Part shown: piece after piece, positions 59,740 through 64,000 of the stretch
How positions within the stretch are numbered: position 1 is the first letter of the stretch
How the letters are laid out: each line of letters begins with the position of its first letter
DNA from: Microbotryum violaceum
Lineage: Eukaryota
Assembly: GCA_001244265.2 (NCBI GenBank)
Contig: CDLV01000014.1
Coordinates: forward strand, 1,178,001-1,242,000
Direction of reading: 5' to 3'
DNA length: 64,000 bases
Notes under the pieces: generated by a model
Told to the model about the DNA's origin: nothing
The model's input: only the letters and a program-made list of their open reading frames with translations
Database searches by the model: none
Made by a program: the position numbers and the translations under genes

Positions 59740-62400
59740 ATGTCTCCTCGAACAAAGGTGTCCGAAGCTGTTCTCGACCGTGGTGGGTATTGTTTGAGGT
59801 GCAGTTCAGTGGTCAGATCGTCCAGCGTCCCGAGTGCGTCCTTTTGCGTCCTGCCCTCGGTCAGACCGCGCGAGACGTGGCGCTGGCCTTGGCTCCCGGC
59901 CACCACCTGTCGCCAAGCAGGAGCAGCCCTGTGTTATCATCATCGCCGACATGGTACGCCTTGACCCGCTTCATGCGTCGACTCCATGACCCGCTCACTC
60001 CAATGGTCCTTCAGATTCGAGCTTGATCGGGCGCGTCCCGCTCGGGCGTCAGACCACAACGCCAAACCCTTGACGACGTCCACGACTGCTGCGTCGAGGT
60101 CGTCGTGTAGCCAGGCCCCGCCGACGACCCTCATTCGGGACTCACCCACCTTGATTTGCCCGAGGCGCTTCACGAGTCACCGGTATGTGCTGCAACTCAC
60201 CGCTGCCGATACGATGTCGGCCCAGCCTCAGCTACTGACGCTCCCGAGCTCCCGCATGTGCAGTCATCGACTCAACCCATTGGTGCTCTGCGGCGGAGGC
60301 TTCAAGGCGCCACGGACGACGAAGATGACCACGACGGTCAAGACAAGCAAATGTCTGATGACGAACGATACGACCATCTGGCGTCGACAACAGCGGCGCT
60401 TCCCACCTGGGATTCTCACGTAAGGCTGGGGAGGAGAAGCAGACACTCATCTTTCGCCGGGTTCGAGCTGATGCATGGCACTCCCACGTCTGTCCAATCC
60501 GCAGAGCTCGACGACGTCAGCTAAATCGCATCGATTACCAACCACACCTCGTCGCAACGACAAGCGACCAGCCCGAGTGAGTACCGAACCTGCTTGTCCG
60601 GCTTTCACGTCACCCTAGCTTAAACGAACTCCCAAATTTCACCACCCTGAAGTCCCCTGAAGTCCGAATCAAAGGCCGAAGTCACGGACGCTTTCATCGT
60701 TCGTGCCCGCGTCCCGCGTCCCCTGGTCGAGGAGTTATGGGTGCTGATAAGGTATCGTTGCCAATCTGGACAGCTAACTAACCGCGATGACGACGACGAC
60801 GACGACGATGATGACGTGGGCGACAAGCCGCGCAAGCGTCGGCGCACCGATATCTCCTTGGCTGTCTCGGACACTGAGGGAACAGAGGACATTACTTTCC
60901 AAGTACGTTGTACCCCTGCAATGACGTCAGCTGAAACATCCTGGTGACACGCTGACCAACGCGCATAACCCAACCAGGTCATGCATTCTAAACCCCAGTA
61001 CTCTACTCCATGTTTCGACGGCCCGAGCAACGTGAGCTGGTGCCGATGCGCCCCCGCGTCGTGCCCCACTCCGTTGACTGCACTCACTACCAACGCCCAC
61101 AGCCCCCAAACGCGGCATCTGGCCAAGATGGCCTATCTGTTTCGGCCGCGACGATCAGCGCTCGGTTGGATCGTGTGGAAATCCAGCTTGCCCAACTGGT
61201 CGACGTGCTCACCGTTCCCTCTCTGGACAACATCAAGGTTGGTGGATGTTCTTTCGGTCTCGCCCATAAGCTCCTACTGACCAAGCTGTGTTCATGACTG
61301 CCAGTCCGATGTGGGGTCAGCTGCCAAGATCTTCGTTTCCACGCCATTCCTCTGCAAGCACCACGGTGCTGCACCTATGTTCGCGGTAAGTGAACTATAT
61401 TCTCGGGTTCTGTGCTGGGATGTTCACTAACTCAGGCTGCACTCACTGTAGGCTGCACTACGTTAAGGCGGGCTGGTATCAGAAAGCGACGTCAAGCATC
61501 GAGCTTTCTACAAGGTTTTAATGCGCCACCTTCCGAGTGCGCTAATGCAAGTCCGATCTGAACTCGAAGATCATGTAAGCGGTGTGGTGTCCACGCCCGG
61601 GCCTGCCTATTGACATCAGCCTTGCACGCCGCTGGGCCACGCCTTCTGACCGTCGGCTCGCGCTCAGATTAAGCGCGCCCAGGGCGACCCTTCATTGTTG
61701 GGAACAACAATGAAGTCGTGGTACAAAAACCTCGAAGTCACAATTACTGAGCATGTGTGCTGGTGGCCCGTGTTGGTACGTGTTTGGGTGACACGCCCTC
61801 AACCCTAGATTTCAGCTTAACCCCTCTCTTTTGCTTCATATCTCAGTGGCAAGCCGTCAAGCAGCCCGACCGCAAAGCAACGAGGCCGATCTTACGGGGA
61901 ATAAATCTCACGGAACGGCCCACGTGCCCGGGTCCAGGTCGAACAGCTTTGCCGAAAAGATGAATCGCCTTTCCTCTACCCTCGCGGAAATAGTGGTTGA
62001 CGCATACCTTGAGGACGAGTACAAGCACGGTCGTGAATTTGACCATCAACGGTGAGTTGCAGGTCAATCGGGGACGTGCATTCGCAGGTCGAATGAACTG
62101 ACGCTGCGCACCCGCTCGTCGCGAGCAATAGTTTTCTGACGGATCAACTCGCCCCGGTCATGCCTCGTCATGGTGGGATTAGGACATCGCAACCCGGGCG
62201 TCGCCAAAATTTAAGGCAGACCTCCTGTTTGGAAGCTGTTGGAAACCTGAAAACCCCGATCACGAGATCAGCTTTGCCTCGTTGGAGGTGAGTCGTCTTC
62301 ATTCGACGCACTATCCGATTCGACACTGATAAGACATTGATTGCAGTTTAACATAGGGTTGTCTCCAAGCCAACAAAGAGGCCACTCAAAATCCAAAGTC
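59740..62400 (+). pseudogene. Decayed intron-rich gene of unknown function (possible accessory ORF of the surrounding element)
   Basis: Short coding-like blocks separated by GT...AG introns, an acidic run plus NLS-like KPRKRRR, and several stops and frameshifts. Confidence 0.35.
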
Positions 62401-64000
62401 TCAAAAGAAGAAGAAGAAGACTGGGGACTAGAGCCCGCAGCAGGTTGGTTGGGAATCGGTGGGTCGTTGACGTTCCTGCACGCGGGCGGGGCCCAAGGAC
62501 GTGAGGATCTGCGCTTGCTGGGTTGGGCGTTTGTTCTGGGCTATATATTAATGTTGCTTGTTACAGAGGTATCCAGTTTATGTATGATTGAGGTCAACAA
62601 GCCTACAACGCCTTAAAGAATCTTTATGGCTTGTAGACCCAGTCCAGGTGTGCGATGGATGCCATAAGGTTTTCACCTCGCCAGCGTATTTGGGACTTGC
62701 CGCTTTTGTAAAGTGACCATACAGATTCTGTTGGGCCGGGATCTACGGGTGCCATAAGGCGCGTCACCTACGGAAACCGTCATGCAGAGCCCATCAGTTT
62801 TGCGCGGCGATGTGTAGTAAACAATACCTGCCAGGTATTTTACACCTGCCGTACGGGTGCTCGCCATACGGGGGCAGCACTACTATTTTCTTAGGACCGC
62901 CATAACGCGCTCCCAAAAAAGTTCTCACTAAGCTCGACGCCCATCCCCTTGGGATGGGCTTTCGACTCTCCTGACCACTCGCGCAAGTCGTAGCGAAATA
63001 GTGGTTCAAGTTGCAGCAAGACGAAGAACAACATTGCTGTAGGAGTTGTTAAACAAATACCTCAAGCGGTGAAAACCCAGGCTTCTGGGGAAAACCGTAA
63101 GAGATTGATCTAAACGGAAGAGAATCCAAACTTCTTGGTGATACACAGGGATGGTGGGCGGGATGACAATTGGGAGTTTTGCGACCCAAGCTTCTGGATG
63201 TCAGTCGGCTGCAACTGATGATGGAGCAAGTCCACTGATCGTCTCAGCATACCTTTGCGACAAAGGCAAGACACTGTACAAAGACAGTTGGGGCGCGGTT
63301 GGTGCGAAGGACGGCAAAGGGTCTGCTGAGAGATATGCGATTTAGCTCGTTGCCCAACAAGGACCCGGAGCAAAATGCCCCCATAAAGAATTTGCAGGGA
63401 TCCAAGTGCAAAGTACACCGTGCAACAAGCTTGGGTGTATCGAAGCACCTACCCCGAGCTACTCTAAGCGAGCCACGTCGAGGGTTTCATAACGAGCTGC
63501 TAGCAGCTGTGAACGTCCGGCAAGATGGAACTCTCGATCAGCGACCTCGTCAACTGGGAAGTAGTCTTGGGAGTGAGGAACGCACCTGTCCCTACAGTTA
63601 ACGCAGCCACAGAAGTTGGTAATGAACGTCGACAACGCAGTGTAGGCCCAAATGTAGGCCCGCGCCTCCAATTCACTAATACCCATTAGAGCCGTTAGCC
63701 TCCATTTCCTTTTCCTGTCTCTCTTTAGCTTTGCCGTAGAACTCTTCTCTCTTCTCCTCTCCCCATCCATTCATTCTCCCCGAGTTCACACGGATCTACC
63801 TTCGATAATCGCCCAACACCGCTTATCAACCTTTCACTTTCACTTTCCTTTTCTCATCGAATACAATTCAAGGACTTGTACCGTCTTTCTCTTGCCGTTC
63901 GATAGAGAGTACAACCTGGGCTTTCCGCTTTCGACTTCAACACGATCTGGGAAGCCTAAAGCTTTTTTGACGGACAACACCCCACGCTGTCATTCCCCTC

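Larger units (their letters stand above)
52352..62814. mobile_element. Putative CACTA/EnSpm(CMC)-like non-autonomous element hosting P-like copy B
   Basis: TA|CACAT...ATGTG|TA with an imperfect ~35-bp inverted terminal match (CACAT...CGCGC...TGATGG...ATG). Subterminal TATGG motifs on the left mirror CCATA on the right. A decayed intron-rich ORF lies at 59740-62400. Confidence 0.55.

Noticed and set aside
62915-64000. Short ORFs at the right edge
   Set aside because: No recognisable motifs or consistent exon structure, so left unannotated.

Overview
Intron-rich eukaryotic DNA from a basidiomycete fungus. Short GT-AG introns and a strong TpCpG->TpTpG mutation bias in repeats suggest a Microbotryum-like (Pucciniomycotina) genome; this is an inference. 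Two islands of housekeeping genes (BI-1/GHITM-like, quinone oxidoreductase, importin-alpha at 9.6-16.7 kb; PEX12, DBR1, CIA2, COA8/APOPT1, SRC1/MAN1-like at 38.3-51.6 kb) alternate with nests of mostly decayed transposons: a MULE-like element, two Helitron derivatives, Gypsy, Copia, an L1-like element, PIF/Harbinger, a KDZ element, MITEs and solo LTRs. The main finding is two divergent, fully bounded ~6.6-7.8 kb cut-and-paste elements (19284-27071 +, 53064-59621 -). They share a 31-32 bp TIR starting AGGACCCCCGAAAGCCCAGCC and each has a perfect 8-bp target-site duplication. Each carries one multi-exon gene joining a Ulp1/C48-like cysteine protease to a P-element-type DDE transposase, with no visible THAP domain. 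A third, orphan copy of the TIR lies upstream of DBR1. Also notable is an 815-bp insertion of two inverted Copia LTRs flanked by a 5-bp TSD. All assignments come from reading motifs by eye; no searches were run.
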